Below are positions 48,827-59,608 of a stretch of DNA of 64,000 nt, piece after piece. How positions within the stretch are numbered: the stretch's first letter is position 1; the number at the start of each line of letters is the position of its first letter. The notes under the pieces are model-generated. The model was not told where the DNA came from, made no database searches, and saw nothing but the letters and a program-made list of their open reading frames with translations. Source of the DNA: a bacterium (GTDB lineage: Bacteria; Patescibacteriota; UBA1384; VFKW01); NCBI GenBank assembly GCA_030647355.1, contig JAUSIS010000004.1:68066-132065 (forward strand). Direction: 5' to 3'. The translations under genes were made by a program, and so were the position numbers.

Positions 48827-48853
48827 ATAATCTGATTCAAAAAGATAAAAGCT

Positions 48854-48881
48854 AAATAGGCATTCTGGTGAATGCCTATTT
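48854..48881. terminator. bidirectional terminator hairpin (perfect 12-bp stem AAATAGGCATTC/GAATGCCTATTT, loop TGGT)
   Basis: Sits between the convergent RRM (+) and ZIP (-) genes. A U-rich tail is on the minus-strand side. Confidence 0.55.
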
Positions 48882-48956
48882 AGGTACTGAGAAATATTTG
48901 AGCACTGGTTTATGGTTTACGGTTAATCTCGAGTTGAAGGGGTTTGAAAAGTGTGA

Positions 48957-49676
48957 TTATACCAGTTGTGTTACAAAGTAGATAAATATGACGCCAATAA
49001 TAGTCATAGCAATGGTTTTATAGGAAGAATCCTTGCTGTGAGCTTCGGGTAGTACATCTCCTAAGCTAATATATAGTAGTGAGCCGGCAAAGAATCCGAG
49101 ATATAGAACGAGCCAAGGATTGGAAAATTTAAATAAGAGCGTCGATAATGCACCTAATACAGGCGCAATTGCATCCAAGAATATCATGATTAAAGTCTTT
49201 CTTCTATTATTTCTACTGGCGAGCATAAGCGAACCGGTATTTAAACCATCAGCAAAATCATGGCCAATTACCGCGATGGCAATTACTACTCCAACACCGG
49301 GAGAGATTTGAAAACCCAAACCAATGCCAACGCCATCTAAAAATGAATGGGCGATTAGAGCAAGAGCCGAAAGGATACCGACTGACGGGTGTTTGTGTTC
49401 TTTATAACTGCCTTCCTGGCTGCCATGTATAAGCAAGGCCTTTTCTGCAATATGCAAGAGAAGAAGACCAACAACAAAAGCGAGCATGGGCAACATAATA
49501 TCAATATGATTTTGCTCGACTAATTCAAATATCTCGGGAAGAATATCGAAAGCAACTAAACCGATGATTACCCCAGCAGTGAAACCTAAAATAATATTGA
49601 GGCGATGTTTATATTTTATACTAGTCAATCCCCCAAGGAGTGTTGATAGAAATGTGAGAGCTGCGGCAATAATCAT
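48957..49676 (-). CDS. ZIP family metal (Zn/Fe) transporter, ZupT-like
   Basis: 8 TM helices. HSFLDGVGIGLGF and GHDFADGL motifs in TM4 and TM5. Confidence 0.8.
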   Translation of the reverse strand: MIIAAALTFLSTLLGGLTSIKYKHRLNIILGFTAGVIIGLVAFDILPEIFELVEQNHIDIMLPMLAFVVGLLLLHIAEKALLIHGSQEGSYKEHKHPSVGILSALALIAHSFLDGVGIGLGFQISPGVGVVIAIAVIGHDFADGLNTGSLMLASRNNRRKTLIMIFLDAIAPVLGALSTLLFKFSNPWLVLYLGFFAGSLLYISLGDVLPEAHSKDSSYKTIAMTIIGVIFIYFVTQLV

Positions 49677-49871
49677 ATATACATTTTAGCACATTTACTA
49701 TTTTACCTTCAAGGGAGATATTGGATAAAACGATCATTTTTTTAGATAACCTTATATCAAAAAAGTTATGTTGACATAATTACTAAAATTGAATTTTTTG
49801 AAGTAAAATAAACGACATAACGTTGAAATGCAGGTTAAATTCATGTATTATTCAATCAGCTTAGGAAAACG

Positions 49872-52304
49872 ATGATTGAAGAATTACCAAAAAATTACGA
49901 CTCTCAAGCGAGGGAGAAATACTGGCAAGATTTTTGGGATGAGAAAAATATTTTCAAGTTTGACCAAGACAAAGATGGGGAGATTTTTTCTATTGATACG
50001 CCGCCGCCTTATGTGTCAGCCGCTCATTTACATGTCGGTCATGCAATGAGCTATACGCAGGCAGAATTTGTGGTGCGATATAAAAGAATGATGGGTTATA
50101 ATGTTTTTTATCCGATGGGATTTGATGATAATGGACTGCCAACCGAGCGTTTCGTGGAAAAAAAATACAAAATTGATAAATCCAAGATTTCTAAAAAAGA
50201 ATTTATAGAACTGTGCTTGAAAGAAACAAAAGAAGGCGGCGAGACATATAAAAAATTCTGGAAGCGGCTAGGGATAAGCGTGGATTGGTCATTACTTTAC
50301 AGTACTATTGACGAGCGTTGTCAGAGAACCGCTCAGAGATCATTTATTGATCTTTATAATAAGGGTCTGATTGAGCGCAAAGAAGAACCGGTGATTTGGT
50401 GTCCTGAATGTCAGACTGCCCTATCGCAATCGGATCTGGAAGATTTAGAGCAGAAAACATATCTAAATTACATCAATTTCCAATTTGAGGACGGTAAAAC
50501 GGCACCGATTGCCACAACTCGACCGGAATTATTGCCAGCATGCGTTGCATTATATGCTAACCCGAAAGATGAAAGATATGAAAAGTATATCGGTAAAAAA
50601 GCAATTGTCCCAATATTTAATTACGAAGTACCAGTTATAGCTGATGAGAAAGTTGATATGGATTTCGGAACAGGGCTGATGATGGTTTGTACATTTGGCG
50701 ACACAGAAGATATTGAAAGATGGAAGAGTGATAAATTGATGACAAGAATAGCGATTGATAAAACCGGGTGTTTGACTTCGGTCGCCGGTGAATTTTCAGG
50801 TCTTTCAATTAAAAAAGGGCGGGAGGCAATACTGCAAACTCTGAAAGAGAAACTTCTACTTATAAAGCAAGAGGATATAGAAAATGTCTGTAATGTGCAT
50901 GAGAGATGCGGAACAATTTCGGAATTTATTATTACGCCACAGTGGTTCATTAAAGTAGTAGATCATAAAAAAGACTGGATTAAACGGGGTAATGAGTTGA
51001 AGTGGTTCCCCAAGTTTATGAAGGTGAAGTATGACGCTTGGGTAGAGGGATTGAAATGGGACTGGTGTATTTCCAGACAAAGATATTATGGAGTACCATT
51101 CCCTGTCTGGTATTGCGACAAGTGTAAGAAAGTTATTCTGCCAGAGGATAAAGATTTGCCGGTTGATCCGACAACAGATTCATGTTTGAAAGTGTGCGAC
51201 TGCGGTACTAAAGATTTAAAACCGGAAATTGACGTGATGGATACTTGGATGACATCATCTTTGACTCCACTTATTAATGCTTCCTGGAAATATCCAAAAG
51301 AGAAAAGCCTGATGGATAAGATTTATCCGATGAATTTGAGAGTCCAGGCATTTGAAATTATTCGAACGTGGCTATTTTACACAATAGTGAAATCGCATTA
51401 CCACACAGATACCCTGCCCTGGAATGATGTGATGATTTCCGGCTGGGGCTTGGATGAGAAGGGTAGAAAGATAAGTAAGTCGCTAGGTAATTTTATCGAC
51501 CCCGAGACAATTATCGAACAATATTCAGCCGATGCTCTGCGTTTTTGGTCAGCCGAATCTACTTTGGGACAGAATCTTCGCTACAACGAGGAGGAAGTAA
51601 AAGTCGGTAAGAGAACTATCACCAAACTTTGGAATGCATCTAAGCTTGTAATAAGTCATTTGCAAGACTACCAGCATAACCTGGCAATACCGAGGGAGCT
51701 TGAGATTGAGGATAAATGGATCCTTAGCGAGCTAGAAAAATCACTCACTTTGTACCATAAACATTTTAGTCATTACGAATATGCCAAAGCCAAGGATGCC
51801 ATTAATACTTTCTTTTGGGATAGATTCTGCGATTATTATCTAGAATTAGTGAAATACAGACTATATGGAGATGATATTAGCGCTGAATCTAAACTTTCTG
51901 CTCAATGGACGCTGTATACCGCACTGCTAGCGATTTTAAAGATGTTCGCACCAATCATGCCCTTTATTTCTGAAGAGATATATCAGCTTTACTTCAAAGG
52001 GCAGGAGAAACTAGAAAGCATCCATATTAGTCAACTGCCAACCGCTGATGAGAGATTACGAAGCGATAAAGCAATTGAAGAGTTTGAAGATATTTTAAGA
52101 ATAGTCCAAGAGGTAAGGAAGTATAAAGCAAACAAAAATTACTCAATAAAAAAAGAGCTTAAAGAATTGGTGGTGGAAATGCCCGCCGAAAAACTTAGGG
52201 AATACGAAAAATTATTGAAAGCGGTTTTATCTTTTGGAAAAATTACTGCCGGGAAGGGCAATCTGGATCTGGGGGAAGATATTAAGATCTCAATAATAGA
52301 ATAG
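49872..52304 (+). CDS. valS: class I aminoacyl-tRNA synthetase, most consistent with valine--tRNA ligase (compact 810-aa form)
   Basis: N-terminal ELPKNYDSQAREKYWQDFWDE (ValRS-like). PPPYVSAAHLHVGHAMSY (HIGH). CP1 editing region. KISKS (KMSKS). Assignment to ValRS over IleRS or LeuRS rests on the N-terminus only. Confidence 0.65.
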   Translation: MIEELPKNYDSQAREKYWQDFWDEKNIFKFDQDKDGEIFSIDTPPPYVSAAHLHVGHAMSYTQAEFVVRYKRMMGYNVFYPMGFDDNGLPTERFVEKKYKIDKSKISKKEFIELCLKETKEGGETYKKFWKRLGISVDWSLLYSTIDERCQRTAQRSFIDLYNKGLIERKEEPVIWCPECQTALSQSDLEDLEQKTYLNYINFQFEDGKTAPIATTRPELLPACVALYANPKDERYEKYIGKKAIVPIFNYEVPVIADEKVDMDFGTGLMMVCTFGDTEDIERWKSDKLMTRIAIDKTGCLTSVAGEFSGLSIKKGREAILQTLKEKLLLIKQEDIENVCNVHERCGTISEFIITPQWFIKVVDHKKDWIKRGNELKWFPKFMKVKYDAWVEGLKWDWCISRQRYYGVPFPVWYCDKCKKVILPEDKDLPVDPTTDSCLKVCDCGTKDLKPEIDVMDTWMTSSLTPLINASWKYPKEKSLMDKIYPMNLRVQAFEIIRTWLFYTIVKSHYHTDTLPWNDVMISGWGLDEKGRKISKSLGNFIDPETIIEQYSADALRFWSAESTLGQNLRYNEEEVKVGKRTITKLWNASKLVISHLQDYQHNLAIPRELEIEDKWILSELEKSLTLYHKHFSHYEYAKAKDAINTFFWDRFCDYYLELVKYRLYGDDISAESKLSAQWTLYTALLAILKMFAPIMPFISEEIYQLYFKGQEKLESIHISQLPTADERLRSDKAIEEFEDILRIVQEVRKYKANKNYSIKKELKELVVEMPAEKLREYEKLLKAVLSFGKITAGKGNLDLGEDIKISIIE

Positions 52305-52333
52305 ATTATTCACTAGAAGGAATAAAAGCTTGA

Positions 52334-52368
52334 CTGGTGAGATTATAATTCACTAGAGCACCAGTTTT
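52334..52368 (+). terminator. putative terminator after valS (CTGGTG...CACCAG plus TTTT)
   Basis: 6-bp stem with a 19-nt loop, then a T-run. Weak. Confidence 0.35.
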
Positions 52369-52621
52369 AGATTCAGCCAAATAGGCCGCCGCGGATATAG
52401 CCAAAAATCATCAATAAAATGAATGGGGTAGTGAAAAGTAATCTTTTGAGTATAATTCCCTCCTTGATTGTATGATAATGGATTATCGTGACCACCGTAA
52501 TCCCAATAAGACTTTGGAACGTTTGATCGCACAAGTCCTTTCAATAAAGGATAAACTTGTAATTCATAGGTGACAATTCTAATATAGAAGAGGATCGGTT
52601 CTTTGAAGTGAATGAGGGGAC

Positions 52622-54148
52622 TTGATGAAGCATTTCTCAAATATTTTTAAAGTAACGACAATCGGGATTTTGTTTTTTGTTGTGTTGGTTGTTTTTTTTA
52701 GCGCTGGGAAGTTTTTGGAGCCATTTCTTTTTGGCAGAGAGAAAACTGAAGTTGCCCAAGTAAAACCTCAAAAAACTATAAAGGCAAATATAGAGCCGAC
52801 CGCCACCTCCCATATTGGTGAAGAGATTAAGGCAAATACAAACCAGCCGCCGGCAAAACCTCGAGCCAGCGCAATTAAATCTAGCTCGATTGCCGGAAAA
52901 ACAGTTAGCAACTCGAACGGAAACAGAACGGTAATAGTGGCCGAAGGTAATGTATCGACAGACGAGATGCAGTCAATCGGTCAATCGGGTCCAAGTGGCA
53001 GTGATCCTTATTCTATTAAGTTTATTGACGAGACAGGTCGAAACGGAGGGTTAGAAAAATCACTGAAAGATTATTTGAATAATAAATTGAAATGGGGAGC
53101 GGAGATATCGCATCTTTATGGGATTAAATTGCTGGATGCCGGAGATACTGGCTGGGCAGGACAATATGCCGGTTCTTATACTATTGCGAGCAATGGAGAA
53201 GTAAGTAATGCGTTCGGTTGGATTAATTTGAACATTTATTATTATAAAAGTAGTCCTTATCTTTCTGATTATATGAAGCTGGTTTTATCCCATGAATATG
53301 GTCATCACTATACATTGTATTACAAATGGACTAAGTGGAAGCTGCTCTCCGGGACAAGGTTCCCAGATAATTATTATGCAGTTCGCCCACTGGGAAAGAC
53401 CTCGACTACTTTTGATTATTCTTTAGGATGGGAGAACTGTGATGCCGAGATAATTGCGGAAGATTATGCATATATTTACTCCGGATATGGTTTACAAGCC
53501 ATGAGCGGTAAATACGGTTTTCCCGCACTTCCCGCAACAACAACATGGTTAACAGACGGATTAGTTAATGGTCGGCAGGAAACAGACTCGCCACCGAATG
53601 TAGTTATTACTTCCCCGAGTAATGGAGTAAATCTAAGCGGGACAGTAAATATTATAGCTGAAGCAAGCGATGATAAGAAGGTTGCGCGAGTAGTTTTCTA
53701 TGTAGGGGGTGAGGTAGTTGCTGAGAATTCGACAACACCATATATCGCCTCTTTTAATACCTTAAGATTTGCTAATGGTTCCCATATTCTTAAAGCAATA
53801 GCATATGATGAAGCCGGGCAAACGAATCAGAATACTATCACAGTTACTTTTGAGAATATACAGCCTGATCTGGAAAAACCCAATGTGCAAATCATCGAGC
53901 CGGCAAGCGATCCATATAGTTGGATAGGACAAGATTTACGGATAGAAGCTTCAGCCAGTGACAATATTCAAGTAATTAGATTGGAAATCTATATTAATGA
54001 CTATAAAGTAGCTACGGAAGATAACAATATAATTATAAGGATCTGGCCGTTTGACAATGCTCCTGCCGGTACATATGTTTTAAAAATTAAGGCCTATGAT
54101 GCGGCCGGTAATTATAATGAAAAATCTCTAGTGATTAATAAATCATAG
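52622..54148 (+). CDS. secreted HExxH (HEYGHH) putative zinc metallopeptidase with C-terminal bacterial Ig-like domains, N-terminal TM anchor
   Basis: LVLSHEYGHHYTLYY motif. C-terminal repeated Big-like segments (VNLSGTVNIIAEASDDKKVARVVFYVGG... and IRLEIYIND...). Confidence 0.7.
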   Translation: MMKHFSNIFKVTTIGILFFVVLVVFFSAGKFLEPFLFGREKTEVAQVKPQKTIKANIEPTATSHIGEEIKANTNQPPAKPRASAIKSSSIAGKTVSNSNGNRTVIVAEGNVSTDEMQSIGQSGPSGSDPYSIKFIDETGRNGGLEKSLKDYLNNKLKWGAEISHLYGIKLLDAGDTGWAGQYAGSYTIASNGEVSNAFGWINLNIYYYKSSPYLSDYMKLVLSHEYGHHYTLYYKWTKWKLLSGTRFPDNYYAVRPLGKTSTTFDYSLGWENCDAEIIAEDYAYIYSGYGLQAMSGKYGFPALPATTTWLTDGLVNGRQETDSPPNVVITSPSNGVNLSGTVNIIAEASDDKKVARVVFYVGGEVVAENSTTPYIASFNTLRFANGSHILKAIAYDEAGQTNQNTITVTFENIQPDLEKPNVQIIEPASDPYSWIGQDLRIEASASDNIQVIRLEIYINDYKVATEDNNIIIRIWPFDNAPAGTYVLKIKAYDAAGNYNEKSLVINKS

Positions 54149-54209
54149 GATTTAGGATGCCTTGTTAATTATTTAATGTAAAGTGCTATGATAATGACAA
54201 GGATTAATT

Positions 54210-54677
54210 ATGGATGAGAAACTAATAAATCTAAAAGCGCCGGCATTTACTCTGCCGTCGAGTGAAAAGAAACCAATCTCTTCGAGAGATTACAGAGGTA
54301 AATTGCTTGTTGTTTTTTTCTACGAGAAGGATGGTACAAGCAGTTCTATTCTTGAAACTGAAGCGTTCAAAGATAAGTATTGGGAATTGGTTGATGAAAA
54401 CGCGGCGGTATTGGGGATCAGTAATGATGCTATGAAAAGCCACCATCGTTTCATTGAAACGCACGATTTGCCATATCCCCTTTTGAGCGATATGAAGCAT
54501 GAAGTAGCGGAAAATTATGGAGTCTGGCTGCAAAAAACAATGTACGGAAAACAGCATTGGGGAATGGAGCAAGTCACTTTTGTTATTGATAAAGATCAAA
54601 TTATACGGGGGATTCTCCGCAATTTAAAACCGCATGAGCATGTGGAAAAGTCATTAGAGATAATAAAAGATTTGTAA
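54210..54677 (+). CDS. AhpC/TSA (Bcp-like peroxiredoxin) family homolog lacking all cysteines
   Basis: Clear Bcp-like architecture (APAFTLP...LLVVFFYEKD...VLGISND...YPLLSD...GVW...TFVIDKD). The TPGCT peroxidatic Cys motif is replaced by TSSSI. There are zero Cys in 155 aa. Confidence 0.65.
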   Translation: MDEKLINLKAPAFTLPSSEKKPISSRDYRGKLLVVFFYEKDGTSSSILETEAFKDKYWELVDENAAVLGISNDAMKSHHRFIETHDLPYPLLSDMKHEVAENYGVWLQKTMYGKQHWGMEQVTFVIDKDQIIRGILRNLKPHEHVEKSLEIIKDL

Positions 54678-54678
54678 C

Positions 54679-55827
54679 TTATTTTTGAGCTTCAAAATAT
54701 TTCGCATATTGACTGATACTTTTCAAAAGTGAGTATTTGTTTTTGGCAATCAAAAAGGAGTTGTGGCCGAACTCTTTGGTTTTCTGTGGATTGTTGCGCA
54801 GAAAATCCACTTTAGCAATCATTTGAATGAGGTTTTGGGCAATAAAGCCATTTTTGCCGGTTTCGACGCAGTCTTCCGCTAAACCGATCGGGAATGAAAT
54901 GATTGGCATACTACTTGCCATAGCTTGGATTACCGGAAGAGTACGAGTTTCGTAGCGGGCGGTTTGCACATAGATATCACCGCGATGAAATAGGTGTTTT
55001 ATATGCTCGGATGTGGGATTTTCCACAATAATCGCTCCCCTCTTTTGAAAAAGCCGTTTGTATGCGGGATCATTGGTGCTAAGAATGACCAGTTTTTGTA
55101 GTTCACGTATACGCTGAAAGGTTTCCATAATTCGATCCACCCCTTGAGCCAGGAAGTCAGATAGACCATGGTGGAGATCGGCATAATAGATTAGTAATGG
55201 TTTAGTTCTGTCTATTTCGCTAAATAGCCCGTCACATTGACTACATGGCTCTTGATTTGTGAACCAATCCTCTTCCACTCCGTAGGGAATCACGGTGATT
55301 CTTTGCGGTTCGATATCATAATAACGAATTAAATCCTCTTTGGCGTTTCGATTAGGGACGACGAGGGAGAATTTTGTGCGGCAAATTGTTTCCTGCGCTT
55401 CTTTAATAATTCGGTAGTACTCTTCCTTAACATTTTCAAAATTGATACCGACGGATTTTGCTTCCTCAAGATTCTTTTTTAGAGCTATTACCTCTTCCCC
55501 ATATTCAGGACGATCTATTATCCTTTTGAGGGCTTCAGCGACATAGGTGACATTGACGACATGGCGAGAGGGACTCTCTAGAAAGGGTAAGCTATTCATT
55601 GGGGATCCGTAGATTAAGTCTGATTTGGATATCTCCTGCCAGAATTTGGATAGAGAAAAGGCGCGGCAGATAGGCCCTAAGAAATCCAGTTTTTCCCACC
55701 CCTCGGTGACCGGTTCAAATAGGTTAACAGAATAACCTTGCTGTGAAAGAGGCGCAACGAGATTTCGATGAAATTGGTTATAATCGGCGCCATCAACGGC
55801 AGATTCCTGCAACAGAGCAAGACGCAC
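54679..55827 (-). CDS. glycosyltransferase family 4 (GT-B, group 1)
   Basis: C-terminal GT1 domain with the E-x7-E region (...RYETRTLPVIQAMASSMPIISFPIGLAEDCVE...). Confidence 0.8.
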   Translation of the reverse strand: MRLALLQESAVDGADYNQFHRNLVAPLSQQGYSVNLFEPVTEGWEKLDFLGPICRAFSLSKFWQEISKSDLIYGSPMNSLPFLESPSRHVVNVTYVAEALKRIIDRPEYGEEVIALKKNLEEAKSVGINFENVKEEYYRIIKEAQETICRTKFSLVVPNRNAKEDLIRYYDIEPQRITVIPYGVEEDWFTNQEPCSQCDGLFSEIDRTKPLLIYYADLHHGLSDFLAQGVDRIMETFQRIRELQKLVILSTNDPAYKRLFQKRGAIIVENPTSEHIKHLFHRGDIYVQTARYETRTLPVIQAMASSMPIISFPIGLAEDCVETGKNGFIAQNLIQMIAKVDFLRNNPQKTKEFGHNSFLIAKNKYSLLKSISQYAKYFEAQK

Positions 55828-55855
55828 TTTTTCTCCTTAATTTTGTATTAAAGAA

Positions 55856-56944
55856 TTATTTCAATAAATAATCTTTTAACCGACTACTGTCTTCGTGTTT
55901 TTTTAATTTTTGCAGAGCTTTGGCTTCAATTTGTCGAATTCTTTCGCGCGTGACACCAAATTCTTTACCTACTTCTTCCAGAGTATGCGTTTTGCCGTCT
56001 TCCAGACCAAAACGCATCTTTAAAATACGCTGTTCCCGTGGAGAGAGATAGTGAAGAAATTCGGTAATGTGACCTTTTAACAGCTGATAGATAGCCGATT
56101 CTTCCGGCGAGAGACTGTCTTTATCTTCGAGAAAATCACCCAGACGAGAATCTTCCTCTTCACCGACAGGCGCTTCAAGAGATACAGTTTCCTGTGAAAT
56201 TTTTAGTATATTTTCGACTTTATCAACTTCAATACCCATCTCGGCGGCGATTTCCTCGGGCAGGGGTTCTCGGCCGAGATCCTGAACAAGCTGGCGCTGG
56301 ACACGAATCAGTCGGTTGATAGTTTCCACCATATGGACAGGAATACGGATAGTTCTTGCCTGATCGGCGATAGCGCGCGTGATGGCTTGCCGTATCCACC
56401 AGGTTGCATAAGTGGAAAATTTATAACCTTTATGATAATCAAATTTTTCAACTGCCCTGAGCAGACCAGTATTTCCTTCCTGAATCAAATCGAGTAAGGA
56501 CAAACCTCGTCCAATGTATTTTTTGGCGATAGAAACGACGAGGCGCAGATTGGCTTCGGCAAGGCGCTTCTTGGCAGTTTCGTCGCCTTGAGCAATCCTT
56601 TTAGCTAGCCGGATTTCATCTTCAGAATTGAGAAGCGAAATGCGGCCAATTTCGCGCAAATACATTCTCACCGAGTCATCGGATATATCGGAGGTTTCGG
56701 CGACTTTTTCTTTTTCTTGGCCCGGCAGTTCCAGAAGCCGTTTAGGTTCGCGAATTTCAATGCCTTGACGATTTAAATATTCATAACAAGCATCAACAAT
56801 CGGGACATCTTCTTCGGCACTGGGCATAGCTTGCTCTATTTCCTGATAAGTAACAAAACCATGGGCTTTGCCTTTTTTGATAAGAGTTTCAATTGGTTCG
56901 GGAAATTCTATTTCCGGTTCTGCTTTGATAATTTTCTTGGTCAT
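55856..56944 (-). CDS. rpoD: RNA polymerase sigma-70 factor RpoD/SigA
   Basis: Regions 1.2 to 4.2. Region 2.4 [28 protein letters not shown]. Region 4.2 [23 protein letters not shown]. Immediately follows dnaG. Confidence 0.95.
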   Translation of the reverse strand: MTKKIIKAEPEIEFPEPIETLIKKGKAHGFVTYQEIEQAMPSAEEDVPIVDACYEYLNRQGIEIREPKRLLELPGQEKEKVAETSDISDDSVRMYLREIGRISLLNSEDEIRLAKRIAQGDETAKKRLAEANLRLVVSIAKKYIGRGLSLLDLIQEGNTGLLRAVEKFDYHKGYKFSTYATWWIRQAITRAIADQARTIRIPVHMVETINRLIRVQRQLVQDLGREPLPEEIAAEMGIEVDKVENILKISQETVSLEAPVGEEEDSRLGDFLEDKDSLSPEESAIYQLLKGHITEFLHYLSPREQRILKMRFGLEDGKTHTLEEVGKEFGVTRERIRQIEAKALQKLKKHEDSSRLKDYLLK

Positions 56945-58726
56945 TTAATTACCTCCTGGTTTTTGAAGAAAGGTCTGTAGGTCTTGAAGTAACTGCTTAA
57001 CTTTTGTTCTATCGCCTGAATCTTCGGCATTAGCGATCGCTGTGGCAAAATCCATCTTGCGATTCTCGTAATAATTTGTCTTTAGATGATCTATTGCCTG
57101 ATTGATATCCGATCGAATAGAGTCAAGGTCGTCAGGTGCGTCTAACTCGTTAGAAGGGTTGAGAGACGCATTCAATATTTTATCAATAATTAAAGTGTCA
57201 GTCTCATTTAATTGACTGCGAAGGTATGAGACTAATTTTTTGGTTTCTATATTAGATTCAGATTGATTATACCATATCTTAACCTCTTTGACAATTGGCT
57301 TATATTGCAATGAAAAATAATTTTCATTCAGCTTAGATATAAGTTTTCGGGCGGCTTTCGGATTATTCAAGAAGTGTCCAATTGCTTGTGACTCTATATC
57401 TAATTTTTCTCGGGCGGGATGTGAAGGTTGAGATGAGGGTTTGGAGACCGATTGTGATGGAGAAGATGACATGGATTGGTTTAAAATTTCTCTGGGAATG
57501 CCAAGACGGTATAGTTTGTCTAAATAGTGAGTTTTTTCTATTTGGTCGGGGATTTTGTTTATGATCGGTAGGAGACGGGAGGCAATTTGTTTTTTTTGGG
57601 TGCCATTTAGAGTAGCCGAGTCGGTATCATATATAGAGAAAGCGCGGTTGATATGCCATTCAATTGCCGGAATGGCTGATTTGACGATTTTCGGCCAAAG
57701 AGACGGTTCTTTTTCAATAATTTCTCCCGCATCTTTGAAATTTTCAGGAAAAACAATAACGTCTGTTATATAGTTTTCGGTTAACGCCATGTCTATCACT
57801 TTTTCAGTAGCTTTTTGACCGGCTTCGTCATTGTCAAAAGCTAAAATAAAACGCTGGGCGTAGCGGTACATTATCTTGAGATGGTCGAGAGTTAAAGCGG
57901 TACCCGAGGAGGCGACAGTATTTTGAATACCGGCTTGATGGGAAGAGACGACATCCATCTGTCCTTCGACGAAAATTACCGATTGATTTTGACGAAGAGC
58001 GATTTTGGCGTGGTTTAGACCATAGATTGCCCGGCTTTTGTGATAGAGAGAGGTTTCAGCAGTATTTAAATATTTTGGCCCGGATCCGTCGGGAAATTCG
58101 CGGCCGGTGAAAGCGATGACATTGCCCATAGCATCACAAATCGGGAACATTATGCGATTGACAAAACGATCCGGGCTACCGGCAGCCGAGATAGCTTGGA
58201 CGGAATAGCCCTTTTTGGTTAAGAAATCAGCTAAAGCGCGGTTGGAAGGAGCATAACCAAGCCGAAATTTCTTAATTGACTCATCGGTGATACAGCGTTT
58301 ATAGAGGTATTCTTTGGCTTTGCTACCAGATGGATGGTTGGTGAGAATCATCTGAAAATATTTAGCGGCTAAATCGTTTAGGGCAAGGAGTTGGTTTTTA
58401 TCATCTTTTGAGGCATGTTCTTGGGGATTGTAGGAGGTGAGGGCTAATTTCACGCCAGAGCGGTCGGCTAGAAATTTAATAGCTTCTGGGAAACTTAGTC
58501 CTTCCATTTTCATAATAAAAGTAAAAATATCACCGCCTTCGTTACAGCCGAAACATTTGTAGATCTGTTTTTCCGGGCTTACCATGAATGAACCGGTTCT
58601 TTCTTCGTGAAAAGGGCAGAGCGCTTTGTAGTTAGCACCCGCTTTTTTTAGCGTGACATAGTGGCTGATTAAATCAACAATTTCAATTCGACGGCGAATT
58701 TCGTCCAGTTCCTGCTCGGAGGCCAT
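56945..58726 (-). CDS. dnaG: DNA primase DnaG
   Basis: CHC2 zinc finger CPFHEERTGSFMVSPEKQIYKCFGC. RNA polymerase core and TOPRIM (EGQMDV, DND). Forms a dnaG-rpoD operon. Confidence 0.95.
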   Translation of the reverse strand: MASEQELDEIRRRIEIVDLISHYVTLKKAGANYKALCPFHEERTGSFMVSPEKQIYKCFGCNEGGDIFTFIMKMEGLSFPEAIKFLADRSGVKLALTSYNPQEHASKDDKNQLLALNDLAAKYFQMILTNHPSGSKAKEYLYKRCITDESIKKFRLGYAPSNRALADFLTKKGYSVQAISAAGSPDRFVNRIMFPICDAMGNVIAFTGREFPDGSGPKYLNTAETSLYHKSRAIYGLNHAKIALRQNQSVIFVEGQMDVVSSHQAGIQNTVASSGTALTLDHLKIMYRYAQRFILAFDNDEAGQKATEKVIDMALTENYITDVIVFPENFKDAGEIIEKEPSLWPKIVKSAIPAIEWHINRAFSIYDTDSATLNGTQKKQIASRLLPIINKIPDQIEKTHYLDKLYRLGIPREILNQSMSSSPSQSVSKPSSQPSHPAREKLDIESQAIGHFLNNPKAARKLISKLNENYFSLQYKPIVKEVKIWYNQSESNIETKKLVSYLRSQLNETDTLIIDKILNASLNPSNELDAPDDLDSIRSDINQAIDHLKTNYYENRKMDFATAIANAEDSGDRTKVKQLLQDLQTFLQKPGGN

Positions 58727-58797
58727 TTTTCTCCTTGAAAATTATCTCTGTTTCAGATATAATGTAACTATATTAATAGTAAAAGTCAAAGGATAAT

Positions 58798-59061
58798 ATG
58801 ATTATAAAGAAGAAAATTTGGACGGAATATTTCGAGAAGGTAGCAAGCGGAGAGAAGAAATTTGAGGTTCGCTTGGCTGATTTTGAAGTGAATGAAGGCG
58901 ACACTTTGGTTTTGGAGGAATGGGATCATAAAAAGAATAGGTATACCGGACGGCGGGTTGAAACAAAAGTTAGTTTTGTGGTAAAAACCAAGGAATTAAC
59001 ATTTTGGAATCAGGACGAAATTGATAAAAAGGGATATCAGATTATACAGATAGAGGTTTAA
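58798..59061 (+). CDS. small ASCH/PUA-like (DUF3850-like) protein
   Basis: 87 aa with an EVRLADFEVNEGDTLVLEE pattern similar to the ASCH-domain family. Low certainty. Confidence 0.45.
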   Translation: MIIKKKIWTEYFEKVASGEKKFEVRLADFEVNEGDTLVLEEWDHKKNRYTGRRVETKVSFVVKTKELTFWNQDEIDKKGYQIIQIEV

Positions 59062-59067
59062 TATTTG

Positions 59068-59157
59068 GGTGGGATCGCATAGCGGTCGAGTGCGCGGGCT
59101 TGGAAAGCTCGTAGGTCTGTGAGGGCCTCCAGGGTTCGAATCCCTGTCCCACCGCCA
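59068..59157 (+). tRNA. tRNA-Ser (anticodon GGA), CCA encoded
   Basis: Acceptor GGUGGGA/UCCCACC. Anticodon stem CGGGC/GCUCG with loop UUGGAAA. Long variable arm. T arm AGGG-UUCGAAU-CCCU. Terminal GCCA. Confidence 0.85.
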
Positions 59158-59176
59158 TTTAAAATAAAGGAGCTCT

Positions 59177-59503
59177 ATGGCCCAGTTTTTAACACCTACT
59201 CGAAGCAAAATTATTCTAGGTTTAGTCTTATTTTTAGTACTGCCTATTACTACAATTCCTATGTTTAAAGATCCATTCCAATGTGGTTTATATTCACCTA
59301 GCAAAGGATGTATGTATTATCATTGGTTACCTTTTGGAGGGATATATTTCATAACCGCTCTAATTTATGGTGGCAACCAGGCATTTATGATTACAAATAA
59401 TTACATCTATAAAGGTGGAGCTTTAATAATAGTATCTTATTTATTATCTTGTGCGGCCGTTTATATTTTTAAAAAATTATATCCTAAAAAAACCAGTAAT
59501 TAG
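59177..59503 (+). CDS. hypothetical membrane protein (3 TM)
   Basis: AGGAG RBS before the ATG. Hydrophobic. Confidence 0.5.
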   Translation: MAQFLTPTRSKIILGLVLFLVLPITTIPMFKDPFQCGLYSPSKGCMYYHWLPFGGIYFITALIYGGNQAFMITNNYIYKGGALIIVSYLLSCAAVYIFKKLYPKKTSN

Positions 59504-59508
59504 AAATA

Positions 59509-59536
59509 AAGGTTCTAGACCGACATGTCCCCGCCA
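59509..59536 (+). repeat. 27-nt intergenic repeat copy A (AAGGTTCTAGACCGACATGTCCCCGCCA)
   Basis: One of four near-identical copies (59509, 61714, 62949, 63652). All are on the plus strand, immediately 3' of a stop codon. Confidence 0.8.
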
Positions 59537-59608
59537 TGTGGTATTTGGTTCATGCTCTGCAATAATAGGAAACAAATTAGGTAAAACAGTATAATTGGGA
59601 GGTGAATT

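Noticed and set aside
52353-52640. 95-aa minus-strand ORF in the valS-metallopeptidase intergenic region
   Set aside because: No RBS precedes its start. It overlaps the start of the 52622 gene and shows no motifs, so it is likely spurious. The region does contain direct repeats ATTCACTAGA and a weak terminator.
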